DNA of 55,711 nt from Minisyncoccota bacterium. GTDB lineage: Bacteria > Patescibacteriota > Minisyncoccia > UBA6257 > 2-01-FULL-56-20. Position numbers and translations under genes: made by a program. Below, one piece after another: positions 31,586 to 40,060 of the stretch; the first letter of the stretch is position 1, and each line of letters begins with the position of its first letter. The DNA lies in contig DATKNL010000004.1 in the NCBI GenBank assembly GCA_035541435.1, positions 1 to 55,711 of the forward strand. The letters are read 5' to 3'. Below the pieces are notes generated by a model. It worked only from the letters and a program-made list of their open reading frames with translations. It was not told where the DNA came from and searched no databases.

Positions 31586-33874
31586 ATGAGACGCGGAGTG
31601 ATTTTCCTGGTGCTCACCGCGGGAACGCTCGCAATCGCCCTTCCCGCAATCTCGTCGACGGCGCCTATCCCTTCGGCATCCCTCACGGCCTATCTTTCCT
31701 TCAACGGCCCATCGCATCCGTCCGATACCTACCGCCTGCAGCTCTTCCTGGTCTCGCAGGGCTATCTCGCATCGACGACGCTTTATGCTCCCGGAACCTT
31801 CGACTATGCCACGCTCCGGGCGGTAACGGCGTATCAATGCGCGAAAGGGATCGCCTGCAACGGCGACCCTGGTTATGGGTTCGTGGGACCTCGCACCCGC
31901 GGTTCGATCAACGCCGCCCTCGGCACCCGTGATCAGATGATCGCACTCATCCAGGTTCTCGAGGCGGAGCTGCAGGCCCTTCAGGCGAAGCTGGCCGCGC
32001 TGCTCGCGCAGGCGAGTCCCGGGCCGACATCCTCGGTGCCGGTGCCGACGCCGACGCCCGCGCCCACCCCGACGCCAGGCAGTACGGGCTCGGGCGGCAG
32101 CAACCCGACGCCGGCGCCCACACCCACCCCATCCCCCTCGCCGCTGCCGACGCCAACGCCCACGCCGACGCCGATCCCGCCGATCCAGACGCCATCCGCT
32201 TTCGCGAAACCGGCAAGCTGCACCGCGGCGAACACCTATTATTACAGCTGGTCCATCGGCGACGACGCACGGACCGCGGCGCAGGCGCATAATCCAGCGA
32301 CACCCTGGAAGACCATTCCGTTCATGACGAAATCGGGCGTCGGTGCGAAATATTCGCATGCGGCCGGCGACTGCCACATCCTGCGCGGCAACGACGTATG
32401 GCCGATCGGACAGACGGGCGAACTCATCATCAACAAGATGAGCGGAACGGCGGCGGCGCCCGACTATTACGGCGCCGACCCGACCTTCTATGCCGGCGCC
32501 GCCTGGGGGCGGCCCGTGATCGACGGCGAATTCCATGACTGGTACGGCGATCCGAACCTGTCGGCGGTCGTCGGCTGCACGCGGGGGCCGGTCGCCTGCA
32601 TCGCCACGTCGAACAACATCGTCTTCGACAACATCGAGGTGAAGCGGCAGCTGTTCTGGTCGCTCGCCAACACGTCGTTCAACGAGATGATATCGGTGGT
32701 CGGATCGGCGAACGTCACGTTCGTGCACGACTATCTTCACGATTGGAAATACGAGACGTCGACCGTCTTCCCCGCCCTCACGGGGCAGGCGCCGGCGTGG
32801 AAACCGAACACCGCCTATGCCGGACGCGTCGCGGTGCTCGAGCCCGGACAGAACGTGCACACGACCTCGTACGCATGGTCGCTCGTCACGCCGGGAACCT
32901 CCGGCTCGTCGTCGCCCGCGTGGTGCACGACCTGCACGAGCATGACGGACGGAACGGCGGTCTGGAAGCCGGTCGGGATGGCGGCGGGCGGGAACGCGGC
33001 GATCAACGTCGCGGCCAACTCGTCGAACGTCACCATCGAATACAGCGAGTTCTCGAACGCCGAACAGAACGGCCCGTACACTGCCGGATATCAGACGAAC
33101 GGCATGGCCGTCTATGGCGGGGCGGCGTTCCTGCACAACAAGGTGCACGACATGCCGACGGCGATGAACGACGGCGCCGAAGTCGGATGGAATGAGTTCT
33201 ATAACATCGGCGTCCCGTACAACGCGATGGACCGCCAGGTCGGCGTGACCAACCCGCCGCTCACCCACGAGAACGTGATCTGGGGCGGCGGATCGAACCA
33301 GCGCATCCATCACAACCTCTTCCACGACATCGACGACGCCGTGATCACATTCCCTCACCCGTGCTGGGACAAGGTTTCGGGGACCGCGGTCATCGACGAC
33401 AACATCTATTATTCGCCGCTCGGCTATGCCGCGGTATCGCCCGATTCGTCGGACTGCAACACCACCACCGCGCTCGGCAGGGTCTATGTGGTCAACAACA
33501 CCTTCTATTCGACCGGCAACTCGACGCTGGTCTCGATCGCGATTCGCCCGGGAACCGAATGGACCGACGCCGTCATCGAGAACAACCATTTCGTCGACGT
33601 TCCCGGCTATTCGCAGCCGATCGGCGGATGCGCCGCCGGAAGCGTGGCGAACGGCTGCACGATCGCGAACAACCTCACCGAAACACCGGCCCAGGCGGCA
33701 GCCGAAGGCTACGCCGTCGGGAGCCTGTTCGCCCCCGCGAGCTCGACGTCCCCCACCGTCAACGCCGGCATCGACGCGAGCGCGCTTCTGCCGGGCGGCG
33801 TCGCCGATTTCGCCGGCGTCGCCCGCCCGCAGGGTTCCGCCTGGGACATCGGCGCGTACGAATGGAAGCCATGA
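31586..33874 (+). CDS. secreted peptidoglycan-binding domain / coiled-coil / right-handed beta-helix protein
   Basis: Signal/TM, PG_binding_1-like segment ([13 protein letters not shown]...[14 protein letters not shown]), PT linker, long Asn/Gly-rich beta-helix-like region. Confidence 0.8.
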   Translation: MRRGVIFLVLTAGTLAIALPAISSTAPIPSASLTAYLSFNGPSHPSDTYRLQLFLVSQGYLASTTLYAPGTFDYATLRAVTAYQCAKGIACNGDPGYGFVGPRTRGSINAALGTRDQMIALIQVLEAELQALQAKLAALLAQASPGPTSSVPVPTPTPAPTPTPGSTGSGGSNPTPAPTPTPSPSPLPTPTPTPTPIPPIQTPSAFAKPASCTAANTYYYSWSIGDDARTAAQAHNPATPWKTIPFMTKSGVGAKYSHAAGDCHILRGNDVWPIGQTGELIINKMSGTAAAPDYYGADPTFYAGAAWGRPVIDGEFHDWYGDPNLSAVVGCTRGPVACIATSNNIVFDNIEVKRQLFWSLANTSFNEMISVVGSANVTFVHDYLHDWKYETSTVFPALTGQAPAWKPNTAYAGRVAVLEPGQNVHTTSYAWSLVTPGTSGSSSPAWCTTCTSMTDGTAVWKPVGMAAGGNAAINVAANSSNVTIEYSEFSNAEQNGPYTAGYQTNGMAVYGGAAFLHNKVHDMPTAMNDGAEVGWNEFYNIGVPYNAMDRQVGVTNPPLTHENVIWGGGSNQRIHHNLFHDIDDAVITFPHPCWDKVSGTAVIDDNIYYSPLGYAAVSPDSSDCNTTTALGRVYVVNNTFYSTGNSTLVSIAIRPGTEWTDAVIENNHFVDVPGYSQPIGGCAAGSVANGCTIANNLTETPAQAAAEGYAVGSLFAPASSTSPTVNAGIDASALLPGGVADFAGVARPQGSAWDIGAYEWKP
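32035..32190 (+). repeat. coding low-complexity Pro/Thr linker (ACG/CCG-rich short repeats)
   Basis: Encodes [13 protein letters not shown]...[12 protein letters not shown] within CDS 31586-33874. Confidence 0.7.
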
Positions 33875-34218
33875 ACATCACCATTAAGCGCATTTATGAT
33901 CCCGCTGCGAAACAGGACGGCGCCCGCGTGCTCGTGGACCGCCTCTGGCCACGCGGTATCTCGAAGGACCGCGCACGCCTTGCGGCGTGGGCCAAAGAGG
34001 CGGCTCCGTCGAACGGACTGAGGGCGTGGTTTCACGAAAACCCCGGAAAACGCCGGGCCGAGTTTCAGAAAAAATATCGCGCGGAGCTGCGCGCCCATGC
34101 CAAGGAACTGAAAAAGATTTTCGCCGCGCTCGGACCGTCCATCACCTTCGTGACGGCCGTCAAGGACATCGAGCACTCGCATGCTCCCGTGCTGAGGGAT
34201 TTCGTGAAGGGGCTGTAA
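33871..34218 (+). CDS. DUF488 domain-containing protein
   Basis: KRIYDP...DGARVLVDRLWPRGISK...APSNGLRAWF family signature; ATGA overlap with the upstream stop. Confidence 0.8.
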   Translation: MNITIKRIYDPAAKQDGARVLVDRLWPRGISKDRARLAAWAKEAAPSNGLRAWFHENPGKRRAEFQKKYRAELRAHAKELKKIFAALGPSITFVTAVKDIEHSHAPVLRDFVKGL

Positions 34219-34229
34219 CCTGCCGCTGC

Positions 34230-34259
34230 TTGACCCTTCATGATGCGCCCTGCTATAAC
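34230..34259 (+). promoter_or_regulatory. promoter TTGACC-18-(TGc)TATAAC for 34303-34713
   Basis: direct read. Confidence 0.5.
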
Positions 34260-34302
34260 ATCCGCAGGCAGTGCAACATCCTAAATCTTTTTGGAGGTGC
34301 GC

Positions 34303-34713
34303 ATGGCGCAACGGAAAACCCTCGCCCTTCCTGGCGCGCTCGCCAGGAGGCAGATACGAAAGCCGCAATGGCGCTTCGAGGCGGACGACGACCTATGGAC
34401 CCTTGATCTTGTATCGGGCCTCATCGAGGTTTCGATCTGGGATGGGCGCCGACGCCCCATCCTCTGGCCGTGGTTCGACGGATTCCGATGTCAGATCAGC
34501 GGCGAAAAGAGCGTCGACCTGGAATTCCCGGGCGTGACGTCCGCTGACGAAGCGAAGCGGCTTGCGGTTCAGGAAGTCATGAACGTGCTCCACCAAGCAG
34601 GCAGCGAACTCGGTTTTTGGGCGAAGAAAACCGATGTCAAAGTCACCGAACCGATCGTTCTCCTTTCCACAAGGGCGCATGGGAAACGCGGAAGCGGAAA
34701 GGGGCGCTCATAG
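34303..34713 (+). CDS. hypothetical protein (136 aa)
   Basis: TTGACC-18-TATAAC promoter, GGAGG 5 nt before ATG, terminator at 34732-34766. Confidence 0.55.
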   Translation: MAQRKTLALPGALARRQIRKPQWRFEADDDLWTLDLVSGLIEVSIWDGRRRPILWPWFDGFRCQISGEKSVDLEFPGVTSADEAKRLAVQEVMNVLHQAGSELGFWAKKTDVKVTEPIVLLSTRAHGKRGSGKGRS

Positions 34714-34731
34714 GGTTGGAAATTTCTGAAA

Positions 34732-34766
34732 TAAAAACGGCTCGCGCAATGCGAGCCGGATTTTTT
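34732..34766. terminator. bidirectional terminator between convergent genes
   Basis: CGGCTCGC-gcaat-GCGAGCCG flanked by an A-run and TTTTTT. Confidence 0.8.
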
Positions 34767-34777
34767 AAAAACGATGA

Positions 34778-35131
34778 TCATGCGTTGATCTGACGCAGCC
34801 CCTCTTCTTCGGTGTCCCAGATTTCGAAGCAGGTATAAAGCTTCGTTATCAGGAGGAGGTCGCGTATCTTCCTGCAAAGGCACACGATCACAATGCGGCC
34901 GGCACGATTCCGCACCGTGGTATGGGCGTCGACCATTTCGTCGATGCCGGGCGCATCGATATAAGGAACGTCGGCAAGGTTCAACAGGATCTTCCGCTCT
35001 CCGCTGTCGAGCAGCTGGCGGACCTTGTCCCGAAAGGCAATTGATCCTTCTCCCAGCGTAATCCTGCCGGACAGGTCCACGATGGCAATGGTGTTGTCAT
35101 TGCCGCCGCGGCGCACATCGATCTTGAGCAT
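34778..35131 (-). CDS. STAS-domain protein (anti-sigma-factor antagonist, SpoIIAA-like)
   Basis: 117 aa; LSGRITLGEG...KILLNLADVPYIDAPGI pattern. Confidence 0.8.
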   Translation of the reverse strand: MLKIDVRRGGNDNTIAIVDLSGRITLGEGSIAFRDKVRQLLDSGERKILLNLADVPYIDAPGIDEMVDAHTTVRNRAGRIVIVCLCRKIRDLLLITKLYTCFEIWDTEEEGLRQINA

Positions 35132-35260
35132 AAGTCACCTCGAAGCAACTGTTCATCTTATATAACGGCCGCCGCATGCCGTCAACCGAACCGATTGATT
35201 TTCCCGACAACGCGCGCTTATCCCGTTCTGAGCACGTTCCACAAACCCACCCGCCCCGTC

Positions 35261-35269
35261 TGCTATACT
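35261..35269 (+). promoter_or_regulatory. extended -10 TGCTATACT, 6 nt from ATG 35276
   Basis: direct read. Confidence 0.55.
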
Positions 35270-35275
35270 GAATGC

Positions 35276-35665
35276 ATGGAACCCCTCGTCAGGCACTATC
35301 ATGGACCGGTCGTGCGAAAGCTCTTCCTCACGGGCGCCGTCATCATCATGGTCACGGTCCCCTTCTTTCAGGGCATCGACATCTATCCGCTCTGGCTTTC
35401 GATCTTCGCCATCATCCTTCTCGCGCTCGGAGCAGCCTTCACATCGCGTGAGAACCGCTGGTCAACGACTTTCGACCTCGCCGTCGCGGCGCTCAACGTG
35501 ACCATTTTCGAATATAACGCCGTGAACGCCTATGCGTCGGCCCATTACGCCTATTTCACCGTGAGCCAGGTGCTCGCGCTCATCTTCCTGCTTGCCCTGT
35601 ATTATGCGGCGAGGACGACCTGGGGCGTCTTCCGGGCCTTGAGAAACCAACAGGCAGGCTACTGA
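35276..35665 (+). CDS. hypothetical membrane protein (129 aa, ~4 TM)
   Basis: ATG 35276 lies 6 nt after TGCTATACT; hydrophobic helices; terminator at 35684-35718. Confidence 0.6.
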   Translation: MEPLVRHYHGPVVRKLFLTGAVIIMVTVPFFQGIDIYPLWLSIFAIILLALGAAFTSRENRWSTTFDLAVAALNVTIFEYNAVNAYASAHYAYFTVSQVLALIFLLALYYAARTTWGVFRALRNQQAGY

Positions 35666-35683
35666 CGCTCCGCATATCGGCAT

Positions 35684-35718
35684 AAAAAAGGCCCGCAGTG
35701 AAGTCACTGCGGGCTTTT
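35684..35718. terminator. bidirectional terminator
   Basis: 10-bp stem GCCCGCAGTG-aagt-CACTGCGGGC with an A-run and a T-run. Confidence 0.85.
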
Positions 35719-35726
35719 CGTTCCGG

Positions 35727-37628
35727 CTAGGGCCGTTTTGCGTCCGCCGTCGCAACGGCATTCGCGGTTAGGTCCGCCGGCAAGGACTGTGATCCAAGCA
35801 GGATCGGCGGAGCGTACGAGTTCGGCAGAAGGAACGCCGTGATCTCGTCCGCCTGTCCGTCGATGCCGCCCGTCACGACGGCGGTGCTCGCGGTACCGTC
35901 GCAGGCAATCAGGGTTTCGGGCTGGTTGGCATAGGGCTTGACCCACCAGCCGAATCCCGAGAGGTGGATATAGACGGCGATGTAGTAGTCCTTCGGAACC
36001 ACGTGCATCACCTGTTCAAGGAGCGGCGCACTGGAGCCCATCGCGGGGACCGACGTGAACGTGAGCGTCGGCGTCCCGGACCCTCCCGGCGGAGAAGCGC
36101 AGGTCCACGTGTCGGGGACGGTCTTCCCGTCGAACGTGTCCTGCATGCCCGCCTTGATGAGTCCGTTCTCGTCGAACACGCCCCAGCACCTGCCTTGCGG
36201 TCCCTCATAGGCGGCCTTCCATGCCTCATCGAAGAATTCGAAATAGAATACCTTGCGATGCCCGGCCTGGGCCCATGACGCGATCGTCTCGAAATAGGCT
36301 GCGGCGTTATCGGGCGAAGGCACGGCGCTCCCCTGGGGATTGCCGCAGCTCGGCCATCCCGTTTCGGAAACGATGATCTCCTTGCCGGGATAGGCCTTGG
36401 CGAGCTGGATGTCCTCGCCGTTCATGACCGCGATCGCGTTCGCCGCGTCGACCTTCTCCCAATAGGGATAGTAGTTGACGAAGACGAAGTCGGACGCGTT
36501 CACGATGTCGGGGTTGTTGAGCAGCTCGCCCCAGACGTCCGCCGTCGCGACGGGGACGCCGGGGAGGGCCGTCCGGACCTGGTTCATATAGCCGACGAGC
36601 TGCGTCGGCGTTACGTCGCCCCGCAGCGTCACCTCGCTCCCGACGATCACGGCCTGCACCGGGTTCGCCTGAGCGGCCGCGATGCAGTTCGCGATCTCGG
36701 TCGCATTGGCACCGGCATCCTTGCCGATCCAGACGCCGAGGTAGAGCGGGACGCCGAACCGCGCGGCGACTTCGGCGACTTTGTCCTGACCGTGCGTGCA
36801 CCCGAAGCTTCGAAACGCCGAAGCATAGGGTACCGCCATGCCGAAGCGCTGAACGAGCTGGTCCTCGCTCACGTCCGCACCGGTATTCGGGTCCTGCCCC
36901 GCCTCGTAGGGACTGACGTCGAACATCACCTTGTACGCGACCGCGGGGACGGTTGCCGTGACGGTGATCGTCGCCTGCGCGGCGAGGCCGTTCGCGTCGA
37001 CGACCTTCACGGTCGCCGTGTTCGTTCCCGGGTGATAATCATAGTCGCACGAGAAGGCCGTTCCGCTCACGCCGCAGTTCGCGACGGACGGATCGGTCTG
37101 CCCGACGAGCGAATAGGTGAATGGCGCCGTGCCGCCCGTCACGTACTGCGACAGGTCGGTCGGCGCTGCCTTCTGCCCGAGCCCGGCGAGCGTCACCGAC
37201 GGGATCGAACCGAGGACGGGCTGGCTGACCGGCGGCGGATTCACCGTCACCGTCGCCGAACCCGACTTCGTCGGATCGCCGACGCTGGTCGCCGTGACGG
37301 TCGCGACGGTCTGCGCCGCCGCGGACGGCGGCGTAAGGACGCCGCTTGCCGAAACGGTTCCCGCGGTCGACGTCCACTGGACGGCGGCGCTGAAGCTCCC
37401 GGTTCCCTGAACGTTCGCCGAACACAGCGCGGTCGGCTGCGTTCCTGAAGCGGCGAGCTGGAGCGTCGCGGGATTGCACGACACGGCAACCGACGTGATG
37501 GTTGGCGTTGGCGGTGGTGGCGGCGTCTGCCGCTGCGTCGAGGAGCCCCCTCCCCCACCTCCGCAGGACGCGAGCAATGCGAGTGCGGCCACAGCGACCA
37601 CCCCGCGGACAACCCGGATTGTAGACAT
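35727..37628 (-). CDS. lipoprotein with Ig-like repeats and glycoside hydrolase family 17 (beta-1,3-glucanase/transglycosylase) domain
   Basis: Lipobox LLASC; KEIIVSETGWPSCG matches the GH17 active-site signature; NYYPYWE motif. Confidence 0.85.
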   Translation of the reverse strand: MSTIRVVRGVVAVAALALLASCGGGGGGSSTQRQTPPPPPTPTITSVAVSCNPATLQLAASGTQPTALCSANVQGTGSFSAAVQWTSTAGTVSASGVLTPPSAAAQTVATVTATSVGDPTKSGSATVTVNPPPVSQPVLGSIPSVTLAGLGQKAAPTDLSQYVTGGTAPFTYSLVGQTDPSVANCGVSGTAFSCDYDYHPGTNTATVKVVDANGLAAQATITVTATVPAVAYKVMFDVSPYEAGQDPNTGADVSEDQLVQRFGMAVPYASAFRSFGCTHGQDKVAEVAARFGVPLYLGVWIGKDAGANATEIANCIAAAQANPVQAVIVGSEVTLRGDVTPTQLVGYMNQVRTALPGVPVATADVWGELLNNPDIVNASDFVFVNYYPYWEKVDAANAIAVMNGEDIQLAKAYPGKEIIVSETGWPSCGNPQGSAVPSPDNAAAYFETIASWAQAGHRKVFYFEFFDEAWKAAYEGPQGRCWGVFDENGLIKAGMQDTFDGKTVPDTWTCASPPGGSGTPTLTFTSVPAMGSSAPLLEQVMHVVPKDYYIAVYIHLSGFGWWVKPYANQPETLIACDGTASTAVVTGGIDGQADEITAFLLPNSYAPPILLGSQSLPADLTANAVATADAKRP

Positions 37629-37795
37629 ACGGACCCCCTGAATTCCTTGCCAATGTTGAGTTTTGACGGGCCCGCGCCCGCAGGACTACCTTCTTCATAG
37701 CAGCCGTCCAGCGGGTTGGCAAGCACGGCGCGCATGACCGTTCCTCGTTGAAAATCCGCACGGCTCGCGGTATAGTCCCCGCAGAGGAGCCATCC

Positions 37796-38143
37796 GTGTT
37801 GACAAAGAACCTCACCGACCAATCCCTGGGAGCGCACGCGCTTGCGGCGATCCTGAAAAACAACCCGAGCTGGAACCCGCACGAGAGCGACGAAGTCACA
37901 ATCTCGTCGACCACGTCCTATGTGCTCTCGCCGACCGACGTCCGGTTCAGGCTTTCCGCAGAACTTATCGAGGCGGCGCGCAGGATCCTAAGCGACGCCG
38001 ACGGATGCGAATGCGGCAAACCCGCGGCATGGGCACGCCGCACGCAGTTCGCGGGCGACCACTACTTCTGCGACGAGGATGCCCGCAGGCAGCGGGATTT
38101 CGGGAAATCCGACCCGTCGTATTTTCACTGGGAACGGCTCTGA
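37796..38143 (+). CDS. hypothetical protein (115 aa)
   Basis: TATAGT, then GAGGAG 6 nt before GTG 37796; terminator at 38218-38250. Confidence 0.5.
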   Translation: MLTKNLTDQSLGAHALAAILKNNPSWNPHESDEVTISSTTSYVLSPTDVRFRLSAELIEAARRILSDADGCECGKPAAWARRTQFAGDHYFCDEDARRQRDFGKSDPSYFHWERL

Positions 38144-38217
38144 TGGTGTATACTTATCTGTAGAAGCGTTTCCGGCACGAGCTGGTCTTGCATTCACATA
38201 GGAACTGGAAGAGGGTT

Positions 38218-38250
38218 GGGGGATCACGTGTGTGATTCCCCGTTTTTTTA
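38218..38250 (+). terminator. terminator after 37796-38143
   Basis: GGGGATCAC-gtgt-GTGAT(T)CCCC followed by GTTTTTTT. Confidence 0.75.
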
Positions 38251-38252
38251 TT

Positions 38253-38281
38253 AAAAAACCCGCATCCGTGAAGACGCGGGT
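38253..38281 (-). terminator. minus-strand-specific terminator ~195 nt downstream of the 358-aa gene stop
   Basis: 10-bp stem including two G-U pairs that form only in the minus-strand RNA, 4-nt loop, U-run. Confidence 0.65.
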
Positions 38282-38476
38282 CCTGCAACCGCCCAGACGG
38301 CAGTTCTTCGGGCGCGTACTGCGCCCGTCGAAGAGTGCTCCTTGGCCTTTATGCACGCCGAGACGTCAGCCCCTTCGAGGTTGCCTTTGGGCCCGACCTC
38401 CTACGCAAGCCAGCCGCCTGGGTTACCGCTGCGATGTTCTCGCTGATGAAGAATGTAACGCCTGGCGGCCCGGTTG

Positions 38477-39553
38477 TCAAAGGGACGGTCGATTTTTCTT
38501 GCTGTTCGAGTGCCCTTTGATGACGAGTTCGGCCTTTTGCTTCATCTCGTGCGCCTTGCGGATCTCTTGCAGCCGCCTTCCCTCGCGAAGAAGCAATTCA
38601 CGTTGCGAGAGGAGCATGGCCGCCCTTGATCCCGCGAAATACGCCTCGTCGAGCGAAGCCACCTTGCGATCCTCGATCACCGGATGAAGGTGCCGGCTCA
38701 ACTTGGTGCGAAACGCAATCTCCTTCAGCTTGTCGAGGCACGCCCTATCAAGCGAAAGCAGGCGTTCCCTGATAAGCGTCCATTCGTTGAGGCCGATCAA
38801 GACTTCAAGTATCCATGGCTTTGCTGTCTCGATGCGGGAACGCAGTTTTTCGTTCTCGCCGACCGCAGCCGCCCGATCCTCTTCTTCGCCGCAGAAATAG
38901 TCAGGCTCCTTCCATCCCCACATGAACGTCGACAGCTTCACCACGAAATCCCTTGCCTTTGCTTCGTAATGAGAGGCGTCTTGCCATTCGGGAACGTTCA
39001 GGTTGGGAATGCGGATCGATTCTTCATCAAGCCATCCCTTTTCTGTCCGGAAAAATTTCACAAGGGATGGGAAGAACCGCGGAGTGACGACGTCCAGCTC
39101 CCAATGACGATTCCATTCATCGCCGTGTTTCCCGGAGCCTTCCAATTCGAAGCTGCCGAAAAAGTTCTGGCAAAGCAGGTCGAACGCCTTCTTGGCAAGT
39201 ATCTGCCGCATGCCATGGGGCTTCCTCTTTGTGACATAGCCACGCTTGTCCTGTCCGAACTCATATTCCTTATCGGGATCGCCGGCCTTTTTCAACAACG
39301 AACCGTTGGACCAGCCGTCCGCCATCTTCATATAAAAGAGGACGCGGTCGATGTGGTCATATTTCTTCTCTTCCCAATGGCGGGTTCCCATCGGAACCTC
39401 AAACCCTACGTGCAGCAGCCCAAGCATCTCTTCGATGGTGACTGCCGCCTGCCAGCGTTCGAGCCATTCGTTCCAGTTATGCAGCGGACGGATTTCCCGG
39501 GTGAAAAGGTCGTGGATCGGCACTTCCTGCTTTTCTTCGATATTTGCGGGCAT
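38477..39553 (-). CDS. hypothetical protein (358 aa, orphan, lower GC)
   Basis: TTGACT-17-TATAAG promoter, AAAGGAGGG SD 5 nt before ATG; W/E/K-rich; no recognisable domain. Confidence 0.65.
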   Translation of the reverse strand: MPANIEEKQEVPIHDLFTREIRPLHNWNEWLERWQAAVTIEEMLGLLHVGFEVPMGTRHWEEKKYDHIDRVLFYMKMADGWSNGSLLKKAGDPDKEYEFGQDKRGYVTKRKPHGMRQILAKKAFDLLCQNFFGSFELEGSGKHGDEWNRHWELDVVTPRFFPSLVKFFRTEKGWLDEESIRIPNLNVPEWQDASHYEAKARDFVVKLSTFMWGWKEPDYFCGEEEDRAAAVGENEKLRSRIETAKPWILEVLIGLNEWTLIRERLLSLDRACLDKLKEIAFRTKLSRHLHPVIEDRKVASLDEAYFAGSRAAMLLSQRELLLREGRRLQEIRKAHEMKQKAELVIKGHSNSKKNRPSL

Positions 39554-39608
39554 TGAGCCCTCCTTTCAAGTTATGCCCCGCACTGTGACGGGACGGTACT
39601 GCTGCCTT

Positions 39609-39637
39609 CCTTATATGCCCGCGCTCGGGTTTAGTCA
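39609..39637 (-). promoter_or_regulatory. promoter TTGACT-17-TATAAG for the 358-aa orphan
   Basis: rc of agtcaa (39632-39637) and cttata (39609-39614). Confidence 0.55.
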
Positions 39638-39663
39638 ATTGACGTGCGCCGGCGGCTTTTTTT

Positions 39664-39697
39664 AAAAAAATACGGGCATCCCTTGCGGAATGCCCGT
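39664..39697 (-). terminator. terminator after 39711-39992
   Basis: ACGGGCAT-10 nt-ATGCCCGT followed by a U-run on minus. Confidence 0.65.
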
Positions 39698-39710
39698 GCG
39701 AATTTCCCTG

Positions 39711-39992
39711 TTACGTCGGATGTCCTGCATTCTGCTCCTCGAGGAACCTCAGATTCATGACCAGCAGGACATAGAACGTCGCGAGCAGGAAGATGTTTCC
39801 GGCCCAATGCAGCCGGTCGGCCACGATCACGATGCTGACCGTGATGCCGATGATCTGCATGAGGAAGCCGACGATCGCCGCCACGACCGGTCCGATCGAC
39901 CCCAACGGCTGTCGCAGCAGGAACCGCATGACGGCATAGGACACGGTCGCCACGGCAACGACGCCCGCTGCGACCAGGTACATGAGATGCAT
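39711..39992 (-). CDS. small membrane protein (93 aa, 3 TM)
   Basis: Start at MHLMYLV (AGGAGG 7 nt upstream); terminator at 39664-39697. Confidence 0.55.
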   Translation of the reverse strand: MHLMYLVAAGVVAVATVSYAVMRFLLRQPLGSIGPVVAAIVGFLMQIIGITVSIVIVADRLHWAGNIFLLATFYVLLVMNLRFLEEQNAGHPT

Positions 39993-40044
39993 CCTATCGC
40001 CTCCTTTTTTCCAAGGTGACAAACGCTAAAAACAATATAGCACA

Positions 40045-40053
40045 TGCTATAAT
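40045..40053 (+). promoter_or_regulatory. extended -10 TGCTATAAT, 7 nt from ATG 40061 (queA)
   Basis: direct read. Confidence 0.6.
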
Positions 40054-40060
40054 GCAGGGC

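Noticed and set aside
32035-32190. Short tandem repeats as a CRISPR array or other non-coding repeat array (also 51764-51842)
   Set aside because: These are in-frame Pro/Thr linker codons inside well-supported CDSs. There is no repeat-spacer periodicity and there are no cas genes.
30995-33589. 864-aa minus-strand ORF; also 45793-46848, 46881-48515, 39827-41137 and 20176-21036
   Set aside because: These are shadows of the beta-helix protein, the giant surface protein, queA and the 224-aa gene. They have an extreme Arg/Gly bias and no promoter, SD or terminator support.
38251-38476. Known structured RNA (SRP RNA, tmRNA, RNase P RNA, 6S RNA) in the long spacer
   Set aside because: There is no SRP domain IV GGAA/AGCAGC motif, no tRNA-like GGTTCGA...CCA end, and no GAGGAAAGTCC P4 motif. 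A 6S RNA cannot be judged by eye. The region is kept only as an unclassified candidate.
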